From Eledone cirrhosa (Eukaryota), in assembly GCA_964016885.1 (NCBI GenBank), contig OZ024741.1, positions 256,246,001-256,310,000 on the forward strand: a DNA stretch of 64,000 bases, given 5' to 3'. Below are positions 11,401 to 26,500 of this stretch, in pieces. The notes below the pieces were generated by a model, which was given only the letters and a program-made list of their open reading frames with translations, did no database searches and was not told where the DNA came from. Both the position numbers and the translations under genes were made by a program. The stretch's first letter is position 1, and each line of letters begins with the position of its first letter.

Positions 11401-14237
11401 GACTTACGAGTGTTTCGACTTACGACTGTTTCGGCTTACGAGTGTTTCGGCTTACGAGTGTTTCGACTTACGAGTGTTTTGACTTACGAATGTTTTGACT
11501 TACGGGTGTTTCGGCTTACGAGTGTTTCGACTTACGAGTCTTTCGGCTTACGAGTGTTTCGACTTACTAATGTTTTTACTTACGAGTGTTTCGGCGTACG
11601 AGTGTTTCGACTTACGAGTGTTTCGACTTACGGGTGTTTTGACTTACGGGTGTTTCGGCTTACGAGTGTTTTGACTTACGAGTGTTTTGACTTAAGGGTG
11701 TTTCGACTTACGAGTATTTTTGGCTTACGAGTGTTTCGACTTACGAGTGTTTTTTTTACTTACGAGTGTTCTGATTTACGGATGTTTCGACATACGAGTG
11801 TTTCGACTTACGAGTGTTTCGACTTACTAATGTTCTTACTTACGAGTGTTTCGGCGTACGAGAGTTTTGACTTACGAGTGTTTCGACTTACGAGTGTTTC
11901 GACTTACGAGTGTTTTGACTTACGAATGTTTTGACTTACGGGTGTTTCGGCTTACGAGTGTTTCGACTTACGAGTCTTTCGGCTTACGAGTGTTTCGACT
12001 TACTAATGTTTTTACTTACGAGTGTTTCGGCGTACGAGTGTTTCGACTTACGAGTGTTTCGACTTACGGGTGTTTTGACTTACGGGTGTTTCGGCTTACG
12101 AGTGTTTTGACTTACGAGTGTTTTGACTTAAGGTTGTTTCGACTTACGAGTATTTTTGGCTTACGAGTGTTTCGACTTACGAGTGTTTTGACTTACGAGT
12201 GTTCTGATTTACGGATGTTTCGACATACGAGTGTTTCAACTTACGAGTGTTTCGACTTATGAGTGTTTCGACTTACGAGTGTTTCGGCTTATGAGTGTTT
12301 CGACTTACGAGTGCTTCGGCTTACGAGTGTTTCGACTTACGAGTATTTCGGCTTACGAGTGTTTCGACGTACGAATGTTTTGGCTTACGAGTGTTTCGGC
12401 TTATGAGTGTTTCGGCTTACGAGTGTTTCGACTTACGACTGTTTCGGCTTACGAGTGTTTCGGCTTGCGAGTGTTTCGGCTTACGAGTGTTTTGACTTAC
12501 GAGTGTTTTGACTTACGATTGTTTGGCTTACGAGTGTTCTGACTTACGGGTGTTCTGACTTTCGAATGTTCCGACTTACGAGTGTTTCGGCTTATGAGGG
12601 TTTCGACTTACGAGTGCTTCGGCTTACGAGTGTTTCGACTTACGAGTGTTTCGGCTTACGAGTGTTTCGACTTACGAGTGTTTCGACTTACGAGTGTTTT
12701 GACTTACGGTGTTTCGGCTTCCGAGTGTTTCGACATACGAGTGTTTTGACGTACGGGTGTTTCGACTTACGGGTCTTTCGACTTAAGTGTGTTTCGACTT
12801 ACGAGCGCTTCGACTTACGAGTGTTTCGACTTACGAGTGTTTCGGCGTATGAGTGTTTTGACTTACGAGTGTTTCGACTTACGAGTGTTTCGACTTACGA
12901 GTGTTTCGAATTACGAGTGTTTCGACTTACGAGTGTTTTGACTTACGAGTGTTTTGACTTCGGTGTTTCTGCTTACGAGTGTTTCGACTTACGAGTGTTA
13001 TGACTTACGGGTGTTTTCACATACGAGTGTTTCGACTTACGAGTGTTTTGACTTACGGGTGTTTTGACATACGAGTGTTTCGATACGAGTGTTCTGACTT
13101 ACGAGTGTTCTGACTTACGAGTGTTCTGACTTACGAGTGTTTCGACATACGAGTGTTTCGACTTACGGGTGTTTCGGCTTACGAGTGTTTCGACTTACGA
13201 GTGTTTCGGCTTACGAGTGTTTCGACTTACTAATATTTTTACTTACGAGTGTTTCGGCGTACGAGAGTTTTGACTTACGCGTGTTTCGACTTACGAGTGT
13301 TTCGACTTACGAGTATTTTGACTTACGAATGTTTTGACTTACGGGTGTTTCGGCTTACGAGTGTTTCGACTTACGAGTCTTTCGGCTTACGAGTGTTTCG
13401 ACTTACTAATGTTTTTACTTATGAGTGTTTCGGCGTACGAGTGTTTCGACTTCCGAGTGTTTCGACTTACGGGTGTTTTGACTTACGGGTGTATCGGCTT
13501 ACGAGTGTTTTGACTTACGAGTGTTTTGACTTAAGGGTGTTTCGACTTACGAGTATTTTTGGCTTACGAGTGTTTCGACTTACGAGTGTTTTGACTTACG
13601 AGTGTTCTGATTTACGGATGTTTCGACATACGAGTGTTTCGACTTACGAGTGTTTCGACTTACGAGTGTTTCGGCTTGTGATTGTTTCGACTTACGAGTG
13701 TTTTGACTTACGGTGTTTCAGCTTACGAGTGTTTCGACTTACGAGTGTTTTGACTTACGGGTGTTTTGACATACGAGTGTTTCGATACGAGTGTTCTGAC
13801 TTACGAGTGTTCTGACTTACGATTGTTTTGACTTACGAGTGTTCTGACTTACGAGTGTTCCGACTCACGAGTGTTCCGACTTACGAGTGTTTCGGCTTAC
13901 GAGTGTTTTGACTTAAGGGTGTTTCGACTTACGAGTGTTCCGACTTACGAGTGTTTCGGCTTACGAGTGTTTCGACTTACGAGTGTTTCGACTTACGAGT
14001 GTTCCGACTTACGGGTGTTTCGACTTACGAGTGTTTTGGCTTACGGTCTTTCGACTTACGAGTGTTTCGAGTTAAGAGTGTTTTGACTTACGAGTGTTCT
14101 GATTTACGAGTGTTCTGACTTACGAGTGTTCTGACTTACGAGTGTTCTGACTTACGAGTGTTCTGACTTACGAGTGTTCCGACTTTACGAGTGTTTCGGC
14201 TCACGAGTGTTTCGGCTTACGAGTGTTTCGACTTACG

Positions 14238-14307
14238 AAAATAACAAATAGACGCGGTTTCAAATCTCTATGCTTTTCAAATTCATTACATTAATCTTTA
14301 TTTATAC
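14238..14307. repeat. 70-bp element copy 3, subtype A
   Basis: Matches copy 1. Confidence 0.97.
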
Positions 14308-17070
14308 GTTTCGCTTTACGAGTGTTTCGACTTACGAGTGTTTCGACATACGAGTGTTTCGACTTACGAATGTTTTTGCTTACGGGTGTTTCGACTTACG
14401 AATGTTTTTGCTTACGAGTGTTTCGGTTTACGAGTGTTCCGACTTACGAGTGTTCCGACTTACGAGTGTTTCGGCTTACGAGTGTTTCCGGCTTACGAGT
14501 GTTTCAACTTACGAGTGTTCTGACTTACGAGTGTTCTGATTTACGGATGTTTCGACACACGAGTGTTTCTAATTACGAGTGTTTCGACTTACGAGTGTTT
14601 TGACTTACGGGTGTTTTGACATACGAGTGTTTCGATACGAGTGTTTCGACTTACGAGTGTTCTGACTTACGAGTGTTCTGATTTACGGATGTTTCGACAT
14701 ACGAGTGTTTCGACTTACGAGTGTTTCGACTTATGAGTGTTTCGACTTACGAGTGTTTCGGATTACGAGTGTTTCGACTTACGAGTGTTTTGACTTACGG
14801 TATTTCGGCTTACGAGTGTTTCGACTTACGAGTGTTTTGACTTACGGGTGTTTTGACATACGAGTGTTTCGATACGAGTGTTCTGACTTACGAGTGTTCT
14901 GACTTACGAGTGTTCTGACTTACGAGTGTTCTGATTTACGGATGTTTCGACATACGAGTGTTTCGACTTACGAGTGTTTCGACTTATGAGTGTTTCGACT
15001 TACGAGTGTTTCGGCTTACGAGTGTTTCGACTTACGAGTGTTTTGACTTACGGTGTTTCGGCTTACGAGTGTTTCGACTTACGAGCGTTTTGACTTACGG
15101 GTGTTTTGACATACGAGTGTTTCGATACGAGTGTTCTGACTTACGAGTGTTCTGACTTACGAGTGTTTTGACTTACGAGTGTTCTGACTTACGGGTGTTT
15201 CGACTTACGAGTATTTTTGGCTTACCAGTGTTTCGACTTACGAGTGTTTTGACTTACGAGTGTTCTGATTTACGGATGTTTCGACACACGAGTGTTTCGA
15301 CTTACGAATGTTTCGACTTATGAGTGTTTCGACTTACGAGTGTTTCGGCTTACGAGTGTTTCGACTTACGAGTGTTTTGACTTACGGTGTTTCGGCTTAC
15401 GAGTGTTTCGACTTACGAGTGTTTTGACTTACGGGTGTTTTGACATACGAGTGTTTCGATACGAGTGTTCTGACTTACGAGTGTTCTGACTTACGAGTGT
15501 TTTGACTTACGAGTGTTCTGACTTACGAGTGTTCCGACTTACGAGTGTTCCGACTTACGAGTGTTTCGGCTTACGAGTGTTTCCGGCTTACGAGTGTTTC
15601 GACTTCCGAGTGTTTTGACTTACGGTGTTTCGGCTTACGAGTGATTCGACTTACGAGTGTTTTGACTTACGGGTGATTTGACTTACGGGTGTTGTGAATT
15701 TCGAGTGTTCCGATTTACGAGTGTTTTGACTTACGGTGTTTCGGCTTACGAGTGATTCGACTTACGAATGTTTTGACTTACGGGTGTTTCGGCTTGCGAG
15801 TGTTTCGACTTACGAGTGTTTCGGCTTATGGGTGTTTCGACTTACTAATGTTTTTACTTACGAGTGTTTCGGCGTACGAGTGTTTCGACTTACGAGTGTT
15901 TCGACTTACGAGTGTTTCGACTTACGAGTGTTTCGGCTTACGTGAGTTTCGACTTAAGAGTGTTCTGATTTACGAGTGTTCTGACTAGCGGGTGTTCTGA
16001 TTTACGAGTGTTCCGACTTACGAGTGTTTCGGCTTATTAGTGTTTCGACTTACGAGTGTTTCGGCTTACGAGTGTTTCGACTTATGGGTGTTTCGACTTA
16101 CGAGTGTTTTTACTTACGGTGTTTCGGCTTACGAGTGTTTCGACATACGAGTGTTTTGACTTACGGGTGTTTCGACTTACGAGTGTTTTGACTTACGAAT
16201 GTTTTGACTTACGGGTGTTTCGGATTACGAGTGTTTCGACTTACGAGTGTTTCGGCTTACGAGTGTTTCGACTTACTAATGTTCTTACGAGTGTTTCGGC
16301 GTACGAGAGTTTTGACTTACGAGTGTTTCGACTTACGAGTGTTTCGACTTACGAGTGTTTTGACTTACGAATGTTTTGACTTACGGGTGTTTCGGCTGAC
16401 GAGTGTTTCGACTTACGAGTGTTTTGACTTACGAGTGTTCTGATTTACGGATGTTTCGACATACGAGTGTTTCGACTTACGAGTGTTTCGACTTACGAGT
16501 GTTTCGGCTTGTGATTGTTTCGACTTACGAGTGTTTTGACTTACGGTGTTTCAGCTTACGAGTGTTTCGACTTACGAGTGTTTTGACTTACGGGTGTTTT
16601 GACATACGAGTGTTTCGATACGAGTGTTCTGACTTACGAGTGTTCTGACTTACGATTGTTTTGACTTACGAGTGTTCTGACTTACGAGTGTTCCGACTCA
16701 CGAGTGTTCCGACTTACGAGTGTTTCGGCTTACGAGTGTTTTGACTTAAGGGTGTTTCGACTTACGAGTGTTCCGACTTACGAGTGTTTCGGCTTACGAG
16801 TGTTTCGACTTACGAGTGTTTCGACTTACGAGTGTTCCGACTTACGGGTGTTTCGACTTACGAGTGTTTTGGCTTACGGTCTTTCGACTTACGAGTGTTT
16901 CGAGTTAAGAGTGTTTTGACTTACGAGTGTTCTGATTTACGAGTGTTCTGACTTACGAGTGTTCTGACTTACGAGTGTTCTGACTTACGAGTGTTCTGAC
17001 TTACGAGTGTTCCGACTTTACGAGTGTTTCGGCTCACGAGTGTTTCGGCTTACGAGTGTTTCGACTTACG

Positions 17071-17140
17071 AAAATAACAAATAGACGCGGTTTCAAATCT
17101 CTATGCTTTTCAAATTCATTACATTAATCTTTATTTATAC
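17071..17140. repeat. 70-bp element copy 4, subtype A
   Basis: Matches copy 1; 2833 bp after copy 3. Confidence 0.97.
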
Positions 17141-20100
17141 GTTTCGCTTTACGAGTGTTTCGACTTACGAGTGTTTCGACATACGAGTGTTTCGACTTAC
17201 GAATGTTTTTGCTTACGGGTGTTTCGACTTACGAATGTTTTTGCTTACGAGTGTTTCGGTTTACGAGTGTTCCGACTTACGAGTGTTCCGACTTACGAGT
17301 GTTTCGGCTTACGAGTGTTTCCGGCTTACGAGTGTTTCAACTTACGAGTGTTCTGACTTACGAGTGTTCTGATTTACGGATGTTTCGACACACGAGTGTT
17401 TCGAATTACGAGTGTTTCGACTTACGAGTGTTTTGACTTACGGGTGTTTTGACATACGAGTGTTTCGATACGAGTGTTTCGACTTACGAGTGTTCTGACT
17501 TACGAGTGTTCTGATTTACGGATGTTTCGACATACGAGTGTTTCGACTTACGAGTGTTTCGACTTATGAGTGTTTCGACTTACGAGTGTTTCGGATTACG
17601 AGTGTTTCGACTTACGAGTGTTTTGACTTACGGTATTTCGGCTTACGAGTGTTTCGACTTACGAGTGTTTTGACTTACGGGTGTTTTGACATACGAGTGT
17701 TTCGATACGAGTGTTCTGACTTACGAGTGTTCTGACTTACGAGTGTTCTGACTTACGAGTGTTCTGATTTACGGATGTTTCGACATACGAGTGTTTCGAC
17801 TTACGAGTGTTTCGACTTATGAGTGTTTCGACTTACGAGTGTTTCGGCTTACGAGTGTTTCGACTTACGAGTGTTTTGACTTACGGTGTTTCGGCTTACG
17901 AGTGTTTCGACTTACGAGCGTTTTGACTTACGGGTGTTTTGACATACGAGTGTTTCGATACGAGTGTTCTGACTTACGAGTGTTCTGACTTACGAGTGTT
18001 TTGACTTACGAGTGTTCTGACTTACGGGTGTTTCGACTTACGAGTATTTTTGGCTTACCAGTGTTTCGACTTACGAGTGTTTTGACTTACGAGTGTTCTG
18101 ATTTACGGATGTTTCGACACACGAGTGTTTCGACTTACGAATGTTTCGACTTATGAGTGTTTCGACTTACGAGTGTTTCGGCTTACGAGTGTTTCGACTT
18201 ACGAGTGTTTTGACTTACGGTGTTTCGGCTTACGAGTGTTTCGACTTACGAGTGTTTTGACTTACGGGTGTTTTGACATACGAGTGTTTCGATACGAGTG
18301 TTCTGACTTACGAGTGTTCTGACTTACGAGTGTTTTGACTTACGAGTGTTCTGACTTACGAGTGTTCCGACTTACGAGTGTTCCGACTTACGAGTGTTTC
18401 GGCTTACGAGTGTTTCCGGCTTACGAGTGTTTCGACTTCCGAGTGTTTTGACTTACGGTGTTTCGGCTTACGAGTGATTCGACTTACGAGTGTTTTGACT
18501 TACGGGTGATTTGACTTACGGGTGTTGTGAATTTCGAGTGTTCCGATTTACGAGTGTTTTGACTTACGGTGTTTCGGCTTACGAGTGATTCGACTTACGA
18601 ATGTTTTGACTTACGGGTGTTTCGGCTTGCGAGTGTTTCGACTTACGAGTGTTTCGGCTTATGGGTGTTTCGACTTACTAATGTTTTTACTTACGAGTGT
18701 TTCGGCGTACGAGTGTTTCGACTTACGAGTGTTTCGACTTACGAGTGTTTCGACTTACGAGTGTTTCGGCTTACGTGAGTTTCGACTTAAGAGTGTTCTG
18801 ATTTACGAGTGTTCTGACTAGCGGGTGTTCTGATTTACGAGTGTTCCGACTTACGAGTGTTTCGGCTTATTAGTGTTTCGACTTACGAGTGTTTCGGCTT
18901 ACGAGTGTTTCGACTTATGGGTGTTTCGACTTACGAGTGTTTTTACTTACGGTGTTTCGGCTTACGAGTGTTTCGACATACGAGTGTTTTGACTTACGGG
19001 TGTTTCGACTTACGAGTGTTTTGACTTACGAATGTTTTGACTTACGGGTGTTTCGGATTACGAGTGTTTCGACTTACGAGTGTTTCGGCTTACGAGTGTT
19101 TCGACTTACTAATGTTCTTACGAGTGTTTCGGCGTACGAGAGTTTTGACTTACGAGTGTTTCGACTTACGAGTGTTTCGACTTACGAGTGTTTTGACTTA
19201 CGAATGTTTTGACTTACGGGTGTTTCGGCTGACGAGTGTTTCGACTTACGAGTCTTTCGGCTTACGAGTGTTTCGACTTACTAATGTTTTTACTTACGAG
19301 TGTTTCGGCGTACGAGTGTTTCGACTTACGAGTGTTTCGACTTACGGGTGTTTTGACTTACGGGTGTTTCGGCTTACGGTGTTTTGACTTACGAGTGTTT
19401 TGACTTAAGGGTGTTTCGACTTACGAGTATTTTTGGCTTACGAGTGTTTCGACTTACGAGTGTTTTGACTTACGAGTGTTCTGATTTACGGATGTTTCGA
19501 CATACGAGTGTTTCGACTTACGAGTGTTTCGACTTATGAGTGTTTCGACTTACGAGTGTTTCGGCTTATGAGTGTTTCGACTTACGAGTGCTTCGGCTTA
19601 CGAGTGTTTCGACTTACGAGTATTTCGGCTTACGAGTGTTTCGACGTACGAATGTTTTGGCTTACGAGTGTTTCGGCTTATGAGTGTTTCGGCTTACGAG
19701 TGTTTCGACTTACGAGTGTTTCGGCTTACGAGTGTTTCAGTGTTTCGGCTTACGTGTGTTTCGACTTACGAGTGTTTCGACTTACGAGTGTTTTGACTTA
19801 CGAGTGTTCTGATTTACGGATGTTTCGACATACGAGTGTTTCGACTTACGAGTGTTTCGACTTATGAGTGTTTCGACTTACGAGTGTTTCGACTTACGAG
19901 TGTTTCGGCTTGTGATTGTTTCGACTTACGAGTGTTTTGACTTACGGTGTTTCAGCTTACGAGTGTTTTGGCTTACGGTGTTTCGGCTTACGAGTGTTTC
20001 GAGTTACGAGTGTTTTGACTTACACGTGTTTTGACATACGAGTGTTTCGATACGAGTGTTCTGACTTACGAGTGTTCTGACTTACGAGTGTTCTGACTTA

Positions 20101-20167
20101 CGAGTGTTTCGACTTTACGAGTGTTTCGGCTCACGAGTGTTTCGGCTTACGAGTGTTTCGACTTACG

Positions 20168-20237
20168 AAAATAACAAATAGACGCGGTTTCAAATCTCTA
20201 TGCTTTTCAAATTCATTACATTAATCTTTATTTATAC
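20168..20237. repeat. 70-bp element copy 5, subtype A
   Basis: Matches copy 1. Confidence 0.97.
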
Positions 20238-22107
20238 GTTTCGCTTTACGAGTGTTTCGACTTACGAGTGTTTCGACATACGAGTGTTTCGGCTTACGAG
20301 TGTTTTGATTTACGAGTGTTTTGACTTACGGGTGCTTCGACTTACGCGTGTTTCGACTTACGAGTGTTTCGACTTACGAGTGTTTCGACTTACGAGTGTT
20401 TCGGCTTACGAGTGTTTTGACTTACGAATGTTTTGACTTACGATTGTTTCGGCTTACGAGTGTTTCGACTTACGAGTGTTCTGACTACGAGTGTTCTGAC
20501 TTACGGGTGTTCTGACTTACGAGTGTTCCGACTTACGAGTGTTTCGGCTTATGAGTGTTTCGACTTACGAGTGCTTCGACTTACGAGTGTTTCGGCTTAC
20601 GGGTGTTTCGACTTACGAATGTTTTTGCTTACGAGTGTTTCGGCTTACGAGTGTTTCGGTTTATGAGTGTTTCGACTTACGAGTGTTTTGACTTACGGGT
20701 GTTTTGACATACGAGTGTTTCGATACGATTGTTCTGACTTACGAGTGTTTCCGCTTACGAGTGTTTCGGCTTACGAGTGTTTCGACTTACTAATGTTTTT
20801 ACTTACGAGTGTTTCGGTGTACGAGTGTTTCGACTTAAGGATGTTTCGACTTACGAGTGTTTCGACTTACGAGTGTTTCGACTTACGAGTGTTTCGACTT
20901 ACGAGTGTTTTGGCTTACGAATGTTTTGACTTACTGGTGTTTCGACTTACGAGTGTTTCGGCTTATGAGTGTTTCGACTTACGGGCGTTTCGACTTACGG
21001 GTGTTTCGACTTACGAGTGTTTTGGCTTACGAATGTTTTGACTTACGGGTGTTTCGACTTACGAGTGTTTCGACTTATGAGTGTTTGGACTTACGAGTGT
21101 TTCGGCTTATGAGTGTTTCGACTTACGAGTGCTTCGGCTTACGAGTGTTTCGACTGACGAGTATTTCGGCTTACGAGTGTTTCGACGTACGAATGTTTTG
21201 GCTTACGAGTGTTTCGGCTTATGAGTGTTTCGGCTTACGTGTGTTTCGACTTACGAGGGTTTCGGCTTACGAGTGTTTCAGTGTTTCGGCTTACGTGTGT
21301 TTCGACTTACGAGTGTTTCGACTTACGACTGTTTCGGCTTACGAGTGTTTCGGCTTACGAGTGTTTCGGCTTACGAGTGTTTTGAATTACGATTGTTTGG
21401 CTTACGAGTGTTCTGACTTACGGGTTTTCTGACTTACGAGGGTTCCGACTTACGAGTGTTTCGGCTTATGAGGGTTTCGACTTACGAGTGCTTCGGCTTA
21501 CGAGTGTTTCGACTTACGAGTGTTTCGGCTTACGAGTGTTTCGACTTACGAGTGTTTTGACTTACGGTGTTTCGGCTTACGAGTGTTTCGACATACGAGT
21601 GTTTTGACGTACGGGTGTTTCGACTTACGGGTCTTTCGACTTAAGAGTGTTTCGACTTACGAGCGCTTCGACTTACGAGTGTTTCGACTTACGAGTGTTT
21701 CGGCGTATGAGTGTTTTGACTTACGAGTGTTTCGACTTACGAGTGTTTCGACTTACGAGTGTTTCGAATTACGAGTGTTTCGACTTACGAGTGTTTTGAC
21801 TTACGAGTGTTTTGACTTACGGTGTTTCTGCTTACGAGTGTTTCGACTTACGAGTGTTATGACTTACGGGTGTTTTGACATACGAGTGTTTCGACTTACG
21901 AGTGTTTTGACTTACGGGTGTTTTGACATACGAGTGTTTCGATAGGAGTGTTCTGACTTACGAGTGTTCTGACTTACGAGTGTTCTGACTTACGAGTGTT
22001 CTGACTTACGAGTGTTCTGACTTACGAGTGTTCTGACTTACGAGTGTTCCGACTTTACGAGTGTTTCGGCTCACGAGTGTTTCGGCTTACGAGTGTTTCG
22101 ACTTACG

Positions 22108-22177
22108 AAAATAACAAATAGACGCGGTTTCAAATCTCTATGCTTTTCAAATTCATTACATTAATCTTTATTTATAC
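22108..22177. repeat. 70-bp element copy 6, subtype A
   Basis: Matches copy 1. Confidence 0.97.
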
Positions 22178-23465
22178 GTTTCGCTTTACGAGTGTTTCGT
22201 CTTACGAGTGTTTCGACATACGAGTGTTTCGGCTTACGAGTGTTTTGATTTACGAGTGTTTTGACTTACGGGTGCTTCGACTTACGCGTGTTTCGACTTA
22301 CGAGTGTTTCGACTTACGAGTGTTTCGGCTTATGAGTGTTTTGACTTACGAATGTTTTGACTTACGATTGTTTCGGCTTACGAGTGTTTCGACTTACGAG
22401 TGTTCTGACTACGAGTGTTCTGATTTACGGGTGTTCTGACTTACGAGTGTTCTGACTTACGAGTGTTTCGGCTTATGAGTGTTTCGACTTACGAGTGCTT
22501 CGACTTACGAGTGTTTCGGCTTACGGGTGTTTCGACTTACGAATGTTTTTGCTTACGAGTGTTTCGGCTTACGAGTGTTTCGGCTTATGAGTGTTTCGAC
22601 TTACGAGTGTTTTGACTTACGGGTGTTTTGACATACGAGTGTTTCGATACGATTGTTCTGACTTACGAGTGTTTCCGCTTACGAGTGTTTCGGCTTACGA
22701 GTGTTTCGACTTACTAATGTTTTTACTTACGAGTGTTTCGGTGTACGAGTGTTTCGACTTACGAGTGTTTCGACTTACGAGTGTTTCGACTTACGAGTGT
22801 TTCGACTTACGAGTGTTTTGGCTTACGAATGTTTTGACTTACGGGTGTTTCGACTTACGAGTGTTTCGACTTACGAGTGTTTCGACTTACGAGTGTTTTG
22901 GCTTACGAATGTTTTGACTTACGGGTGTTTCGGCTTACGAGTGTTTCGACATACGAGTGTTTTGACGTACGGGTGTTTCGACTTACGGGTCTTTCGACTT
23001 AAGAGTGTTTCGACTTACGAGCGCTTCGACTTACGAGTGTTTCGACTTACGAGTGTTTCGGCGTATGAGTGTTTTGACTTACGAGTGTTTCGACTTACGA
23101 GTGTTTCGACTTACGAGTGTTTCGAATTACGAGTGTTTCGACTTACGAGTGTTTTGACTTACGAGTGTTTTGACTTACGGTGTTTCTGCTTACGAGTGTT
23201 TCGACTTACGAGTGTTATGACTTACGGGTGTTTTGACATACGAGTGTTTCGACTTACGAGTGTTTTGACTTACGGGTGTTTTGACATACGAGTGTTTCGA
23301 TAGGAGTGTTCTGACTTACGAGTGTTCTGACTTACGAGTGTTCTGACTTACGAGTGTTCTGACTTACGAGTGTTCTGACTTACGAGTGTTCTGACTTACG
23401 AGTGTTCCGACTTTACGAGTGTTTCGGCTCACGAGTGTTTCGGCTTACGAGTGTTTCGACTTACG

Positions 23466-23535
23466 AAAATAACAAATAGACGCGGTTTCAAATCTCTATG
23501 CTTTTCAAATTCATTACATTAATCTTTATTTATAC
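23466..23535. repeat. 70-bp element copy 7, subtype A
   Basis: Matches copy 1; 1358 bp after copy 6. Confidence 0.97.
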
Positions 23536-26500
23536 GTTTCGCTTTACGAGTGTTTCGTCTTACGAGTGTTTCGACATACGAGTGTTTCGGCTTACGAGTG
23601 TTTTGATTTACGAGTGTTTTGACTTACGGGTGCTTCGACTTACGCGTGTTTCGACTTACGAGTGTTTCGACTTACGAGTGTTTCGGCTTATGAGTGTTTT
23701 GACTTACGAATGTTTTGACTTACGATTGTTTCGGCTTACGAGTGTTTCGACTTACGAGTGTTCTGACTACGAGTGTTCTGATTTACGGGTGTTCTGACTT
23801 ACGAGTGTTCTGACTTACGAGTGTTTCGGCTTATGAGTGTTTCGACTTACGAGTGCTTCGACTTACGAGTGTTTCGGCTTACGGGTGTTTGGACTTACGA
23901 ATGTTTTTGCTTACGAGTGTTTCGGCTTACGAGTGTTTCGGCTTATGAGTGTTTCGACTTACGAGTGTTTTGACTTACGGGTGTTTTGACATACGAGTGT
24001 TTCGATACGATTGTTCTGACTTACGTGTGTTTCCGCTTACGAGTGTTTCGGCTTACGAGTGTTTCGACTTACTAATGTTTTTACTTACGAGTGTTTCGGT
24101 GTACGAGTGTTTCGACTTACGAGTGTTTCGACTTACGAGTGTTTCGACTTACGAGTGTTTCGACTTACGAGTGTTTTGGCTTACGAATGTTTTGACTTAC
24201 GGGTGTTTTGACTTACGAGTGTTTCGGCTTATGAGTGTTTCGACTTACGGGCGTTTCGACTTACGGGTGTTTCGACTTACGAGTGTTTTGGCTTACGAAT
24301 GTTTTGACTTACGGGTGTTTCGACTTACGAGTGTTTCGACTTATGAGGGTTTCGACTTACGAGTGTTTCGGCTTATGAGTGTTTCGACTTACGAGTGCTT
24401 CGGCTTACGAGTGTTTCGACTTACGAGTATTTCGGCTTACGAGTGTTTCGACGTACGAATGTTTTGGCTTACGAGTGTTTCGGCTTATGAGTGTTTCGGC
24501 TTACGAGTGTTTCGACTTACGAGTGTTTCGGCTTACGAGTGTTTCAGTGTTTCGGCTTACGTGTGTTTCGACTTACGAGTGTTTCGACTTACGACTGTTT
24601 CGGCTTACGAGTGTTTCGGCTTACGAGTGTTTCGGCTTACGAGTGTTTTGACTTACGATTGTTTGGCTTACGAGTGTTCTGACTTACGGGTGTTCTGACT
24701 TACGAGTGTTCCGACTTACGAGTGTTTCGGCTTATGAGGGTTTCGACTTACGAGTGCTTCGGCTTACGAGTGTTTTGACTTACGGTGTTTCGGCTTACGA
24801 GTGTTTCGACATACGAGTGTTTTGACGTACGGGTGTTTCGACTTACGGGTCTTTCGACTTAAGAGTGTTTCGACTTACGAGCGCTTCGACTTACGAGTGT
24901 TTCGACTTACGAGTGTTTCGGCGTATGAGTGTTTTGACTTACGAGTGTTTCGACTTACGAGTGTTTCGACTTACGAGTGTTTCGAATTACGAGTGTTTCG
25001 ACTTACGAGTGTTTTGACTTACGAGTGTTTTGACTTACGGTGTTTCTGCTTACGAGTGTTTCGACTTTCGAGTGTTATGACTTACGGGTGTTTTGACATA
25101 CGAGTGTTTCGACTTACGAGTCTTACGGCTTACGAGTGTTTCGACTTACTAATGTTTTTACTTACGAGTGTTTCGGCGTACGAGTGTTTCGACTTCCGAG
25201 TGTTTCGACTTACAGGTGTTTTGACTTACGGGTGTTTCGGCTTACGAGTGTTTTGACTTACGAGTGTTTTGACTTAAGGGTGTTTCGACTTACGAGTATT
25301 TTTGGCTTACGAGTGTTTCGACTTACGAGTGTTTTGACTTACGAGTGTTCTGATTTACGGATGTTTCGACATACGAGTGTTCTGACTTACGAGTGTTCCG
25401 ACTTACGAGTGTTCCGACTTACGAGTGTTTCGGCTTACGAGTGTTTCCGGCTTACGAGTGTTTCGACTTACGAGTGTTTTGACTTACGGTGTTTCGGCTT
25501 ACGAGTGATTCGACTTACGAGTGTTTTGACTTACGGGTGTTTTGACTTACGGGTGTTGTGAATTACGAGTGTTCCGATTTACGAGTGTTTTGACTAACGG
25601 TGTTTCGGCTTACGAGTGATTCGACTTACGAATGTTTTGACTTACGGGTGTTTCGGCTTGCGAGTGTTTCGACTTACGAGTGTTTCGGCTTATGAGTGTT
25701 TCGACTTACTAATGTTTTTACTTACGAGTGTTCTGACTTACGAGTGTTCCGACTTACGAGTGTTCCGACTTACGAGTGTTTCGGCTTACGAGTGTTTCCG
25801 GCTTACGAGTGTTTCGACTTACGAGTGTTTCGACTTACGAGTGTTTTGACTTACGGTGTTTCGACTTAGGAGTGTTTTGACTTACGAGTGTTTCGGCGTA
25901 CGAGTGTTTTGACTTACGAGTGTTTCGAATTACGAGTGTTTTGACTTACGAATGTTTTGACATACGGGTGTTTCGGCTTACGAGTGTTTCGACTTACGAG
26001 TGTTTCGGCTTGCGAGTGTTTCGACTTACTAATGTTTTTACTTACGAGTTTTTCGGCGTACGAGTGTTTCGACATACGAGTGTTTCGACTTACGGGTGTT
26101 TTGACTTAAGGGTGTTTCGACTTACAAGTGTTTCGACTTACGAGTGTTTCGACTTACGAGTGTTCTGACTTACGAGTGTTCTGATTTACGGATGTTTCGA
26201 CATACGAGTGTTTCGACTTACGAGTGTTTCGACTTACGAGTGTTTTGACTTACGGGTGTTTTGACATACGAGTGTTTCGATACGAGTGTTTCGACTTACG
26301 AGTGTTCTGACTTACGAGTGTTCTGACTTACGAGTGTTCTGACTTACGAGTGTTCTGATTTACGAGTGTTCCGACTTACGAGTGTTTCGGCTTACGAGTG
26401 TTTCGGCTTACGAGTGTTTCGACTTACGAGTGTTTCGACTTACGAGTGTTCCGACTTACGGGTGTTTCGACTTACGAGTGGTTTGGCTTACGGTGTTTCG

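Larger units (their letters stand above)
13566..19250 (+). repeat. Tandem duplication, 2833-bp unit (~13566-16398 and ~16399-19250)
   Basis: Constant 2833 offset of ORFs 13871>16704, 14270>17103, 16056>18889; shared private variants GACTCACG, GACTAGCG, GAATTTCG. Confidence 0.92.
21567..24223 (+). repeat. Tandem duplication, 1358-bp period (~21567-22865 and ~22925-24223)
   Basis: Offsets 22140>23498 and 22591>23949; shared private variants GATAGGAG and TTCGTCTTACG. Confidence 0.9.

Noticed and set aside
11748-11760. Unique T8 run (GTGTTTTTTTTACT)
   Set aside because: Single occurrence; homopolymer slippage or sequencing error is sufficient explanation.
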